61,124 nucleotides of DNA, from assembly GCA_003344405.1 (NCBI GenBank), contig NOWV01000113.1:186001-247124 (forward strand), given 5' to 3'. A program made the translations under genes and the position numbers. The DNA comes from Trichoplax sp. H2 (taxonomy: Eukaryota). The notes beneath the pieces are model-generated. The model did no database searches and was not told the origin of the DNA. It saw only the letters and a list, made by a program, of their open reading frames with translations. Below, piece after piece: positions 26,501 to 40,009 of the stretch. Every line of letters begins with the position of its first letter. The stretch's first letter is position 1.

Positions 26501-29500
26501 AATTGTCTTTCATTCGGTATCTCTTCAAGACGTTGTTTAGCCCTTTGAAAAGAACGCTGGTATTCTTCATTTAATCGGATGCATGCATTTAATTTTTCAA
26601 TCAAATCTGGACGTTCTTGATCCCAAATTTTGGCAGAGCCATTATTAGTAATGTAGGCACGACATGCGGTAATCATTTGATTTGTTACCTAGAAGAAAGT
26701 TTAACATGATTATGGTTAGTGTTATGGATATAATGATATACGCGTGGCATCCAATAGACTCTGTAAAATTCAATGTCAATAAATAACACATTTAGCTAGT
26801 CGAATTTACCTTAACAAATAACGATGTCATCCTTTCTGATGTGTTATAGTAGCGTGAAATACTATGAATCATTCGAATAGCATTGATAAGTCCAGGCACA
26901 GCATCCACCATTGCCACCTAGAATAAAACCATATTTATCAAATCATTATGTCAAAGTCGTCGATGGACTATTTGCGCAGAAAGGATCGAACTATTTCATG
27001 ATTGCTTTACTAGATTATGTCGTGAATTTTAACAGACAATCTATGTGGGTTAAAAGTAACTAACTATTCAGTGTACGAGGCCTTACCGGATCGCAGCTGT
27101 AAAGAGGCTCGCAACTTTTTTCCAGTGTATACAAAAACTTAACGTTATCCTTGGCTTCGTTAGCTGCATCGGTGATACGAGTATCTAAATCACGCCATAT
27201 CTGCGGAAATATTGGTAAGAAAACGATAAGTACTCTATTAGTTACCCCAATAATCATAAAAATTGAAGTAGAGATGAAGAGTAATGTAGGATTTCCTTTC
27301 GATCAGTTCCTTTTAATACTTTATGCAAATAAATTGATCTACCTTTAACAATTTCGATTTTCCAGCATGTAAAACGCCAATCGCCGCCTTACATTCTACA
27401 CCTTTAATTTGATCCAAGAGAGAATTAAATCGAGCCATTCTTTTCTTCCAGTGCTCTAATTCTACTTTGGGGCCGATATCATCTGCTTCTTTTCTCATTT
27501 GCTCACTTTCGGCCAAGACCTATAGCATCATACGAGATGTTTTAAAAATTTTAGAATTATCTGCCATTAATGATTGAAAGCAGAAGGAGTGAATTAGAAT
27601 AGAAAAAGAAGGATAGAACTCCACATGAATTGGTACTTATTTATAATTGGGCTTTTCCTTAACTACCAACCTGTTCAATTTGTTTAATCCATACTTGAAC
27701 ATGTATTTCAACAGATTCTAACGTGTCTGATGAATTTGCTGCTGAAACATAATCTGTTGGCTGAGTCATACCAGATAAATCGACAGTTTCACATTCTTTG
27801 AGAACCACTGTGTCCTTTAAGCTAGACTCAGCACCAGCTAAAATATTAACGAAAGAATCTAAACTGACGAGAAATTCTACACGTCGTTGCCTGGAAGATA
27901 AATCTCCCCATTCACATTGATTGGTTAGAGCTGGAATGTAAAGATCCGATAATAATTTTTCGATGGCTTTTAATAGTCCTCCTTCACGGCAATCAATGGA
28001 TCCAAAAACGACATCCTAAAGGTGAAAAGGGTAAGGCAACAACATGATTATCACATGGAACAAAATCTATTTTATCATTCTTCATGCCAAGTTACAGGTA
28101 ATCGTAAGCCAATTTTCGTTTGCTACTTAAATTATCGCCTAGAAGAATATGCTGAATCGACTTACTTTGGTAATATTTTCCATATTAATTGGCTTCGTAT
28201 TGTCAGGACGGAGAAAGAACATGCATATTCCGCTTAATTTATCATCCTTTCCATTGGTTATATACAATTTATATTTCGAAGTTTTGATCTTAGTTGCACC
28301 ACCAGGTCCCAAGCGAACGTATTCAACAGCTGCAGTTATGAAATTGAAGATGAGTATCTCAACAATAATTTCAATATTATTCAAGTCTAAGATCGATCAT
28401 TAAATAAGCGATTGATATTACAGTCTGTAAACTGCTCATTAAGATACCCATTTATTGCTACGTTATAGCATTAGCGACCGTAAATATATTGGTAAGTCTA
28501 TCCTCAATAGATACTGCAAAGTGCGAGCTTCTATCTCTGCTTTATTTTCATTTAGCAATATGAAGTTGTGTCATGAAACTACTTCATGTCCTACTGCTGT
28601 ATTATCGAAATGACAATCCCTCATACACAGCTTACTGTGTTAAAGGTATCAAATGCGTTTATAGCTCTAGCATGTAACGAATCCTATGCCAGATCTATGG
28701 GCAATTTTAATGTCAGCAACATTAAATTACGTTATATTGTAACACTATTCCATGGCCTACCATTATCGCCGTAAGGTATAACTAGTTCTTGATAGAAAAA
28801 TATTAAGTGGGCTGCACCATCAATTTCGAAAAATTTGTCCATTTCAGCAATCTGTAGCGGATAATTTTATAGTTATTTCACAGTAATTTGAATGAGTCTA
28901 TTTTCCCTTCAATCTATTGCATATTGTAATTGTGTTATCCATTCTTACCTGGCTTCCTTCCAGTACAGAATCCTCAACTTCAGTATAATCAATATTCAGT
29001 GCATTAGCTACATTTTGCAATATAAAATCATGCCGCGCATCTAATGATGCTCTCTTTGCTTCCCTCTCTTCTCGTGCTTTTTGCTGTAGGTTAGATTGAT
29101 ATCATCCCAAAGAAAGAGATAAAGAACCGTTATGAATGATATCGATATAAGATGGCACGATAGTATATTTTTACTAGAATTTAGCAAAGATTACAGTCTA
29201 GATGATATCCAGTTTCTTTCGAAACTAGATACCTTACGTTAAAAATGTTCGTATGGGTAAAAACCAGTGTAGACCACACAAATTGTAAAGTCTAATACAG
29301 TATACTGAAAAAGTAGTCAAATATCGAATTGGGATAATACTCTACGGCTCAAGTTTGTATTTTAATAATCAACTTCGGACAAGTTAAATTGAAGTATTAG
29401 TAGCAATTTTTAATTTTAAAAGTTAACTGTCATCTGCTTTAATGGATAGCTATCAAAATGGTCGATGTCCGTCTATATATATCAAGATGCCTATGTTAAT

Positions 29501-29852
29501 TAATGTTGTTGCGGATATAGTGGACGATATCAATTGATAACGCTGTCTTTCGGCAATTCATGGATAACAATTCGATAGAGACAGAAGTTGTTGCTTAAAG
29601 TATAGAGTCCAACATTGACTGTATCCATATATCAAAGAGTAGTGATAACTTATTGCTATATACCGAAATAGCTACGTTTAATTTTACCTGTTTGTCTTTA
29701 ATGGTTTCACCAGTGACCAAGGTATGTTGCTGCAATCTTGGTCTATTTTTTTCTCTGTCTACCATCGCTTGACCTTTTCTTAAATGTCGATGGCGTTGGC
29801 TAGGATTTGTATTCCTGCCAACAATCTTTCTTGATGTATCATCGGTTGGCAT
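11541..29852 (-). CDS. DNAH5/8: Axonemal outer-arm dynein heavy chain, DNAH5/DNAH8 (gamma-type) class, ~4684 aa
   Basis: 23 exons: 29688-29852, 28949-29083, 28761-28851, 28166-28329, 27671-28015, 27343-27519, 27087-27200, 26810-26917, 26156-26688, 25632-25953, 25166-25372, 24682-24999, 23371-24484, 22958-23193, 22489-22707, 22311-22373, 21963-22201, 21598-21838, 21240-21439, 21014-21167, 20680-20843, 20105-20474, 11541-19916 (sum 14055 nt, in frame). P-loops [33 protein letters not shown]-terminus [14 protein letters not shown] is typical of DNAH5/8. Confidence 0.96.
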
Positions 29853-32800
29853 ATTGACTAACTAATCTGTTGACACTTCCTAATCAAAGATAGTAATATC
29901 AAGACAGTTTGACACTGTAATCATTTAGTTGTCAAGTATTACACCAGATAGCCTCAGTAATTTTTCTATAGAATTGATCTTGTAATAATTCAGTTCTCGT
30001 CGATAACTGCAAACTCTATAGCAAGGATAAATAGATCAATCTAGATTATTTATGGCTCCTTTCTTTTATATTTTATAAATGTATTATGAGAAAAAATAAT
30101 TCTGATTACTACTAGCAATGCAATATTATGTAAAAAAGAGTCGTTTCCTAACCATCCCATTTAACAGAGAAGAAGAATTTATTTCAATTTATTCAAGTAG
30201 GAGTATATGCAAGTGTATTTACGTATATCTAAGGATAAAAGTGCTTCTTAATAATTAGCTTACTACTTGTAAAGTATATGTTTAGAAGAACTCTTTACTT
30301 TATCCTAGCTATGTTATGTATCTTAGCACTTTTGTATACTTCAAGGATTGAGTGTGATTCTAAGAGGTTAGGATAATTAAAGCAAAGGTAAACTAGAAAG
30401 AAAATCGACTTTTTATAAAATGTTAATCAGTAAAGTAGTTCGATGATATCAATGTTCCAACGCAATTAAAAATGCTACCAATCAAAATTTATCCTTACCG
30501 GTATTAAAATTGATTTCTATAATTTTCTAGATTACAAATTAACTGTTGCCTTGAGATGGTTAATTAAAGGAATTAGTAGCTTTTTAATAGAAATACTCTA
30601 ACTTCAAAGTAAGCGGACAACGGGTGGTTACTAACTTACTGTCGTTATGCTATGTTTATAATTTGCATGACAACAAAACGGTTGGCAAGGCCATCGTTTA
30701 TTCAATAGAGTCATTAGCTATAAAAATTATGCATTAATAAAATATTCTTTTGATTGCTATGTTGGCACTATAAAGGCTATTCTTGATTAGCCGATGAAAA
30801 GTTAACAATTAAAAGAATAGAATCTTAAATGGATAATTGTCTCAGCACAACAAAAATCTCTAATATGGTATCGATAAACAACTGTGTTGCGCTATAATCG
30901 TTCTATGAGATAGTAAACTGTCCATTTATTCCTATGGCTAGGATATCGCCTAAGTATAAGTGCAAGGTCATTATATTGTCAATTATACATAACACAAAGA
31001 TGACTCCTTCTAGTTGGCCTCATTTAAAAGACACCTTGCACATTACTGTTTTTATTATACTATAAGCTTATAAAGTATCCGTTAATCGGAATTTGTGATT
31101 TAATTTCGAAACGAAGGGTTTATAGTTGATTTACGCAATCATGCTGTCTTGTTCAATGCTCATCTATTGGTACTACCAAGGAGTGAGCTAATACAATTCT
31201 AAACGATTATTGAAAGTTCACCTCGGGTAGTTTTACCGGACCTCCTACAAATTTTACAATTGAGATTTTACGGCATAAGGATAATTATAAATTTGATATT
31301 TTTAAATTACCATAAAGAGAATTCGACAACAATTGTATCAAAGGAGCTTTTATATAAGCTTTAAATATTTCGATATATGGTTCGATGCAATCGTACATAA
31401 TTTGCGATCTTAATATCATAAATAGAAAGCCAGTATTTACTGTAGATGTTAATAGAAGATTGTGCAGGTAGCCTAACCTTTATAAATTGGCCATTCCAAT
31501 AATGGCCTCTTTATTCCGGAATCATTTTGTTTAGTATAAATTTGTAAATAAGCTATATGTAGCATTGCAAGCGGTTTTAACCTAATTTACATAGATATTA
31601 CACTTAAGTTTGTGCATTAAACCTCTAACTCTGTCTTAACTGAGTAATAGGACTACTTTAATAACAGTGATAGTAACCTCTTTTTCCACCAGAAAAGTAC
31701 GCAATGGATTACAAGTTATAAAAACCACTATTTTCAGATAAAGACTTCTTGATGCGAAACAGATATTCAATACCATTAATAATTCAAGAACTACTTACGC
31801 TCTTACAGGCTTAGGAAATTAATGATAAAAGTATAAATAGTGCTACCTGTAGTTGCATATTATGGTATTAACATGGAGTAATTGAACTTCTATTGAATCA
31901 ATCGCGATCAATCATGCAATCACATAATAATACCCTATGGGTGTCTACGTATTCTTTGAAGTGATAAAACGATGCTTAATTTTTCAAGTATAACACTGCA
32001 TAATTTTTTAGTAATATTAGCACATGATTTTACAGTAAATAGATCATTGGAATAGGTTTTACGATTATGAGATAACGATTATGATTGCATATGTGAGGGG
32101 AAATCAGGTCGTTAAATTGAAGTATTTAATTCAGTTTTACTCAGTTGACAGAATGATTCCTAGTATTAAGTACGAATATATCTACTTTGTATAAGTAGTA
32201 AGAAACAATCTGGCAGTGAATTTCCTTTCAATATCTTGCTTTGTGTAGAATATATACCCGTTCATTTGAACGGGAACTTGACTAGTATATTGAATTAACC
32301 ACTGCCGGCAATTTATATGAGAAAGTATCTTTCCTTTCGATTCTAGTAGATAAATATGGAGAATACACTATGCGGATAGAGCCGTTTGTAAGGAATATAT
32401 TAGAGTGCATATCGAATCAATGGAGTAATTAAACTTTTTAAACGGGCTTCGAACAATGACCTATTAATTCTCTTACTTCTATCATTATTACATAGAATTG
32501 TACAAAAATCATAAGCCTAAACCATGGTTAATTTTTTAAATGGATTAGAGATGACCTGTTGATAACGAAAATGAAGGACTATAACTGTGAATAATGGCCG
32601 TAAATAAACCTATTACTAACCAGTATATTGTATATTAATTAACGTTCAAATGCTGAATAGTATCCGGTTCCTGATAGCAATTCAGCCACATCATGTATGA
32701 TAAACGTTTAAAAATTAATATGTTTGTTGTGCTATGGAAATTTTAAATTTATACAAAAATGGGTAGTGGTTGCTTACTGAAAATGCTACCTTGTAATCGA

Positions 32801-33561
32801 TTTTTTTACTAGATTTGCTTAAGTGTAATCGCACACATATATACTATATATCTGGAGACGTTAACGTCAGCGAGAGCGATAGATTATTGTGTTGCATTTC
32901 TTTAATTTGTAGGATAGCTCCGTTAGAAAACGTTAGATAGGACCAGATAATAAGATTACCACATTATTTCACACCGTAAATCGTTGTTAACTGTCGACAC
33001 TTGTATATCTATCCAATGATATACTCGTTATTACAGTTTTATCACAAGGGGTCGTTATTCTCAACTCTACGTCGCCGATTTCCTGAGTATGTCCCGTACT
33101 GAATTCTCGGCATCACGGTAACAAATCTTCAATAAGAATTGTCGGAATCAAGATCCAATTACGTCGATACGAATATAAATGAAAGTCTACTGTATAATTT
33201 ATTAGTTACAAAGTACAGCTAGGAGTGCAAAATTCATATAAATGTTAAATGATTTTTCAAGAAACTACGTGCTAGGTAAAAATTTCGATATACTCGTAGG
33301 TGCAATTCAGTATTCAAAATCGGCAAAAAAATACCACTCGGCAATCTAACACTTTCTTCTGTGATTACACATTAACTGATAAATGGTTCGGCTGAGTAAT
33401 ACCGTTGTTATTTTTTTTGTTTTTTTAGCTATAATTTCCCGATGGTATTGCTAAAAGGATGACTAGCTTACGCCGTATTTATATAATAATCAAATTATCA
33501 CATTTAAGGTTGCTCAGTATTTACAGTATACTCGTATTATAGTATTTCTTAATTCGATGAC

Positions 33562-33571
33562 TATATAAAAG
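33562..33571 (+). promoter_or_regulatory. Candidate TATA box of the P-loop NTPase gene
   Basis: TATATAAAAG ~65 bp upstream of the ATG at 33634; the AT-rich context weakens the signal. Confidence 0.4.
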
Positions 33572-33633
33572 CATCGATATTACGAATTAGCCCAGGTGGT
33601 AATGCTGAGATAGTAAATCAAGTCGAAATAGTA

Positions 33634-35061
33634 ATGTACACTTATACCACTGCTATAGTTATCGCTAGCATCGCGATAGTAGTCTCAATTTATACTCGAT
33701 TCGACTTATTTGATATGGAAAATCTTAATCGCTCCAAAATTGGGAATGAGCTATTGCACCATTACATTTGTCCCAACGTGGAACAAGCTTCTGCTATAGC
33801 TATGGATGTTCACGCTTTCAATCCATTCGATAGAATATCAAGGCAAAAGTGCATTGATAGTTTCTCTACAACGTACAATTTGGTTTACTATTCACTATGC
33901 TTAGATAATAGCTACAAGCTAATTGTGCTACGAGGTCCTAGTCAGTGTGGCAAATCCAAAAGCTTGCAGCAATTCCTATATTATCTGCGACAGAGACATA
34001 TTTTGGCTATTGATTTTAATTTTGCAAATATCCAGAATGAATTGCATATGGAATCATTTCTTAATATGGCTATACTAGAAGCTATTACTCAAATCAATCT
34101 TGATTTCCATATCGGTGATGTAATGAAGTTTGATACGATTCTTAAAAAATTGCCTTACCGTTTAACCATGTGCAATTACTATAAAATTATGCCGATGGGT
34201 ATTTTATGGAATCATAATTTATTTTTCACTTGGACATCTTGGAAGACTAAGCAGCAAAACAACCTGAAGCCTTTTATCATGCAGATATTAAATGATCCAT
34301 GTTCAAACAAAAATTATGTGACAACCTTAATGACAATTTTAGCAGCTTTAGCGGAAGTAGACAGAAAATTACAACCAATTGTTGTATTTCGTGATCTTCA
34401 TAAATCTATCCTAAACCCAAGGACTAGCTCTTTAATATTTAACCTACTTCAAGAGCTATTTCATTTTATTGACAATCAACGTAATCATCTACTTCTCTTT
34501 CCTGTAGTAATGGAAATGTCTGATTACGTATGGTATGATTTCTTTTATGTTCGATCACACCAGTTTAACATACCAAAATTAAGTTACGATGCTATCGTAA
34601 TGGAACCTTTATTTGAAGAAGAAATATATCAAAAGACTGTCTATGTATATCAATTGTTGCCTGGTAAAATTTTTAACTTGGTATGGCAAAGAATTGGCCA
34701 TGATCGCAGTCTATGGAGCCAGTTTTTATACCGATATGACTATCTAAAAATACGAAATATAGGCCCTGACGATTACATAAGAACGATCATTAATCAATTA
34801 CAATTAGAATCTGACTTGAAGATCTTTCACATCCTTTCTCAAGTAACACGTGAAAATAAATCATTATCGTTAGCATTTTTAAAGACATTACATTCTAACA
34901 ATTATGTGCTAAATACGCTCGAATGGATAGTCAGACAAGAAGCCAAATACTTTCTTCAGGAACGGTTAGCTTATATCGATAAAGAATTCAATTTTCAAAT
35001 ACAACATAAACTCTACCAAGCATCAATTCAAAAATATTATGAACGTATCGAGCAGAAATGA
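33634..35061 (+). CDS. Intronless uncharacterised P-loop NTPase with N-terminal signal/TM anchor, 475 aa
   Basis: Long ORF in AT-rich DNA; hydrophobic N-terminus TTAIVIASIAIVVSIY; Walker A LIVLRGPSQCGKS (G..S at 33934-33957); Walker-B-like QPIVVFRDLH (~34372-34401); AATAAA at 35222. Confidence 0.8.
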   Translation: MYTYTTAIVIASIAIVVSIYTRFDLFDMENLNRSKIGNELLHHYICPNVEQASAIAMDVHAFNPFDRISRQKCIDSFSTTYNLVYYSLCLDNSYKLIVLRGPSQCGKSKSLQQFLYYLRQRHILAIDFNFANIQNELHMESFLNMAILEAITQINLDFHIGDVMKFDTILKKLPYRLTMCNYYKIMPMGILWNHNLFFTWTSWKTKQQNNLKPFIMQILNDPCSNKNYVTTLMTILAALAEVDRKLQPIVVFRDLHKSILNPRTSSLIFNLLQELFHFIDNQRNHLLLFPVVMEMSDYVWYDFFYVRSHQFNIPKLSYDAIVMEPLFEEEIYQKTVYVYQLLPGKIFNLVWQRIGHDRSLWSQFLYRYDYLKIRNIGPDDYIRTIINQLQLESDLKIFHILSQVTRENKSLSLAFLKTLHSNNYVLNTLEWIVRQEAKYFLQERLAYIDKEFNFQIQHKLYQASIQKYYERIEQK

Positions 35062-35497
35062 TGTTGCCATTTTGGAAGTTACTATTCGCTTTTTCATGGA
35101 AAGTTTTCTGTTTACGATACATTATGTTGTTTTGCAATTAGGCAACATCAAGAATGATTCTTACCATTTACATTGAATTAAATATATAATTTATGTATCT
35201 GATGTTATGATAATAGTTAACAATAAAATAATTCTGATTTTAATCCTTTCCTTTTAGTGCAAAATCATTATGTTATAGCGGCCACATCTTCACAGGCTCA
35301 TTCGATATACATTGTCGGTATTACCATGCTGTTGTGTAGTATAAGAAACATTATTCGATCATTTTCATAATAAGCCACCAATCGAAACACAGACATGCAG
35401 TTCTTTAACGTTTGACTCTTGCTAACAGCCAGTATGGTGTACAAATTTCGTCTTGAATTAGCTTATTACTCAGATGCATTTACGGACACTACATCAT

Positions 35498-38400
35498 TTA
35501 TACCAGAACCTCTTCCGATTCCTGAATGGCCGGTTTTTGCTTTTCAGTTTCTGGAGCGGGTGTCATGCTACTAAAGGCTTTTACTTTTTTGTGTACCACT
35601 ACAAATGAGATTATTATCGCATTAAGATCGCCGATATGACTAATGGTAGTAAGTTTCGCACTTGAAATATGAAAAGCTGTTGCGGACTTGTAACAGCAAT
35701 GAAATTTAAAATGTACTATAACAATAGTACTCTATAATACTTACTGTAACCCTGTCCCTGTAGGAATAATTGCACTCCAGTTGACACTGCACCAGCCTAA
35801 TTAAGGCGTGCAAATAAGTTTAAATGATCAAATTGTTACAACTTGCGATATTGCCATACTAATAATACCCTAAATCTTAGGCTTAACAAACCTTTTCGTC
35901 TAAAAGTAAGCCGCCACATTCCTCTAACTAAAGAATAAAAAGAATGAATCCTTTACAATGATCAAATGAGTTACCAAATACTTTGATATGACGTAAAATG
36001 GCACCTAATGTAATTATTTGTAAATATATCTACGATCCGGTACTATACTGAGTGAAATATACGATAAAAATCATAAAGTACCTTCATAAATGTAGATTGT
36101 GTGGGATCAAGCCTTGAATTTAGATCAACCTGCATATAAAATTTTCAATTTATAGGTCTCTATAATTGTAAATGCTAGAAGGTTTACCGTATGACAAATT
36201 ATACAGCATATACCACTTGATCAATGATCGGAGATTCTGAACCAACCATGAGCAAAACAGGACAACTGAACAAGATGATGTAATGTTAATTATTATAGCA
36301 ATAATCTTTCGACCGCTCAATGATCCATAGTGCTTGTTACCTCAAAACTGTTGGTGAAGATGCGGGCATAGTCGAACTTGGCTTTGTAATTTGTATAACG
36401 GTGCGACTGAAGTAAAACATTAAAACAACAGAATTTCTTAGAACCTTCTCATTATGAATTTATATTGCGGTACAAGATTACAGAAGAAGAGTGCCAGATT
36501 CCTGGCCTCACGGTATATGTGATTTATAGCCTCATCTTCTACTTACTTATGGTAAGAGTTCATAAATTTTGCTAGGTTGGTAGGTTTTAATTTCATTAAA
36601 CACGATCGCAGATGGTTTAATTCGTCGATATTAATTTCCGGAGTCTATAATTAGATCAAAAGTAATACGATAAATATAGTTGAACAGCATGTTTCAAATG
36701 TGAGTAACAACTAAAAACTTCCATAGCACCTGTCCAAAATAATACCACTCTAAATGATTCAGCGTATGATTTGTAACCCCGTTTCGGCTAAGATACCATC
36801 CAGTCAACTATGGTTATGAGGTGAATAACAGTGAGGATATACCCGGTACAGAAGATCTGAAGCAATGAATATTTTAATCATGAGACTGAAACAAAAGACA
36901 AGCAGTAAACCTTTTGTTGTCCCCACTCAGCCCAGGAAGCAGCCATGCTAACTGTATTAACCAGGATTAAACTTGTTACCATTGCCTTATGTTTCAACTA
37001 TAACATTTTTATAATTTTGTTATATGCGTAGAATCAATATCCTCTTTTACCATGCAACACTATACATAACTTGAATGTTCATGAAAATTTCAAACATTGA
37101 TTACTTACAGCAAATCTAAGGAGGACATTGCCCCCTACACCTACACCAAATCCTATGAATCTGCGTATACTGAAGTAATTTAAAAGTAATGAAGCATTAA
37201 AATCCGGGAAGAAAATATTTTTGAAGACTTAGAGTTCTGCTACTTTGTAATGTAAAACTTGGAATTACGGTATATTACTTGTAATGCTCGCAAACTGTTA
37301 ATATATTGTTAGCCAACTGATCCATTGTCGGGTATTGATAGCTGGGTTAAAGGAAAAATGAAGATTTATGAATTTTTTAGGAAATAGAGACAGAATTTTT
37401 GAAATTGTAGCCTCTAAGAATAATCTTGAGGTCCATAATATACATACGTATCGGGTAATACTTCAGCATCCTCCTCCTTTACATTGTATGTACAAAAACG
37501 ATATTAATACTCATATATTCGCAACTAGCAAAGCTAAATGAATTGTATCATCATTACTCTGAAAAGTTGACTGAAATCATTAATTTACCTGTCCTGGTGC
37601 ATCCACGTGGTAAATACAAAAATTTTCTAACAATACTTCTGATTCTGGGAATCCAAGATATCCACCAAAACAAGTCTTATCTAAAACAAGTTCGTAGATA
37701 ATGATAGTCATTCATACAAAATGTTTTTTGGTATATACAGTATTAGGCCATATTTAAACTTACGATTTAATCCAAAGTCATGAAACGTGATCATTGCTGG
37801 TTTTCGAAGATTACCCTTTGCGATCAGACAAAATTTAATACTCAATACTAAATGCAGCAAAATTAACTATCGAAATTGGTATGCTTAAGACAGTATGAAT
37901 CCTAGTAATAACATAAAACGTAGTTTATGTTTTTCACTTCCAATAGATTTATTTACAGTTAGTTACTGGAGGAGTATTGTACATATAATAGCGATATACT
38001 GTACTCGTATATATATAGATAAAAAATTAGGGTAATAATATGACAAAGAGTACAAAGCTGTAGCGCTTGATGAAAGTGCTTCAGAAACAGTAAGTTAAAT
38101 CACTTTCTTTCAAGAATTTATTACTTAGATATTCGGTAAGTCATATCTATTGTAGTATTTATGATTCGATTTAAATGATTGTTATTCTATAAAAGTTTTA
38201 CCTGTATGTTAACATGAACGAAACCATTTTCTACCAAGATTTTCTTGTAAGGCTATCGTTAAACATACAATATAAATAATCCATTGTCAATCTTAAATCG
38301 TATTACGGTTAGTCATAGCAACGTACACCAGTTTGTAGGATGGTACGAATTACAGTGATTATAAGCTGTAAACGCGTTTTACCCAATAAAAAATATATAT

Positions 38401-39577
38401 TTTTGAAAGATAACACGAATTAGATAATTACAAAGACATCAACATTTAATTTCATGTCTATGAATACTGCTACAGTAAATACATCCTAATATCCTATCAT
38501 TAATATAAGCATAAATGTACTTATATTGTTCGAGGACAAGCCCAGTTGCGAAATGTAAGCTATCATAACACGCTAGTAGCCTCGCTTGATACTAAATGTA
38601 GTCATGTGTGTTAGACTAGGCAAATTATATTATCAATGTGTTGCAATTATCTCATTAAGTTAATATTCCTTTACAGAGCAACCTCGTTATTATTAAATTC
38701 TATTTAATACCGTAACTTAAGACTTCTGATGCGCTAGTTTACGTTACCGTGATTGTACTGTATGAATTTGTAGTCTAGAGATGTTGTACCTTATTATCAG
38801 CAATATATCATGTGGTTAATAAATAATTTACGTATATCAAGAATAAATCGGCTCCAATATGTGGTCTACCAAGTTTAGACTAACATTTCTATCTCAATCT
38901 GATGTTGTTACCCTTACAAGAAATGTTACTGTTACTCAATTCTTCAAGATTTTGGACACTAATGCCAATATGAGGTTGCATCGAACTTTGACCCTTCACT
39001 GCCTTCAGTGATAAACATCATCATTAACCCTAAGGTAGAGGGCCATTAACTTAAGCAGAAAAATCTCGAACATTGCAGGCTTACTTGCAGACATTATACC
39101 AGTGAAATTTACAGTTAATAGATTACAGATAATGCGTTGGTTTGACGGAATCGATCGTGCAGAGAAGGACCTCCACTGAAGAACTGTTGCAGCTCGTCTT
39201 CAAAAAACTCGTAACATAATTATTTTAAGTCTATTGCTGCCACGATTTCTCTTCATTTTAGCAAGAATTCATTTACCTATCATTATTACATTATTCCTAT
39301 GATCGAAATCATGTAATTATGAAATTGCTCTATAAGCCTTGAGGTTTAATTAATTACTGTATTGAAATTTTGACAGCTTGTATGTTCTGATTCAAGCCAT
39401 AGGTACATCAACAAGTTTGAAAGACGATGAAGTTTTTACCTGGAATTTTTCCTCATTTTTGGTATCGGTGCTGCCTTCAGTGCTTTGCTGAGTTTTATCG
39501 CCATGTATCTTGTTTACTGTCAGTTCGATCTCTTCGAAGGTATTCCCTTTGCTTCCAACATTAGCTGATTCGGCCAT
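35498..39577 (-). CDS. NDRG: NDRG-family alpha/beta-hydrolase-fold protein, ~367 aa
   Basis: 16 exons 39440-39577, 38202-38252, 37764-37815, 37589-37680, 37448-37476, 37279-37341, 37109-37169, 36911-36997, 36730-36807, 36547-36644, 36341-36406, 36214-36265, 36082-36129, 35892-35927, 35745-35796, 35498-35598 (1104 nt in frame). Hallmarks: KPAMITFHDFGLNHKTCF, FCIYHVDAPGQ, YQYPTMDQLA, IGFGVGVGGNVLLRFA, LNSRLDP, LFLQGQGY. Mostly missed by the ORF track. Confidence 0.93.
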
Positions 39578-39714
39578 TCTTTGCTGCTTTCAAAGCTCAT
39601 CTGGTTACTGAACTACTGATGAGCTTAAGTCTACCTGACGAGTGGCTATGACCATAGACTACGAGGTAATGAATCCATGCTGTTATGCGCAGCCTCTGTT
39701 ACGACCATATGATC

Positions 39715-39810
39715 GTACAGTACTATGCTGTGCTCTTTATTATCAAGTCAGAATCTGCAGTCATACTGTACAGTACTGTATCTCTACAGTATAAGGGCCT
39801 CTACTGTAGT
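39715..39810. promoter_or_regulatory. TACAG/CTGTA motif cluster in the NDRG-EMC8/9 bidirectional promoter
   Basis: Divergent ATGs at 39577(-) and 40010(+), ~430 bp apart; cluster gtacagtact..actgtacagtactgta..ctacagta..tactgtag lies between them. Confidence 0.55.
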
Positions 39811-40009
39811 TAAGGTAGCAGAAAATGGGACACAGACAGAAAGACATCAGTCCCCTGATGCGAAGACACGAACAGTAATATCGGGTGATTGAAAGCCGAA
39901 AGGGATTCGTTTTAATCACTCGCTGGACTTGAAAGTAAAAGCTAATTCAGTCAATTGTAATTTAAATTGTATTTATAGTATTTCTTTACGTTATATTATT
40001 GAAACAGTT

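Noticed and set aside
12025-28774. Plus-strand and alternate-frame ORFs overlapping the dynein gene
   Set aside because: Shadow ORFs of a long coding sequence; no motifs or coherent splice structure.
30010-30680. RFX X-box-like half sites upstream of the dynein gene (gttgcc ~30545, catgacaac ~30667)
   Set aside because: Only partial matches, TSS unknown; not distinguishable from chance by eye.
38900-39210. Possible alternative first exon in NDRG intron 1
   Set aside because: No ATG-donor combination found in phase with exon 2.
39612-39670. ctgatgag / ctgacgag followed by a stem, resembling a hammerhead ribozyme core
   Set aside because: The required GAAA after stem II is absent (gagg), and stems I/III are not evident.
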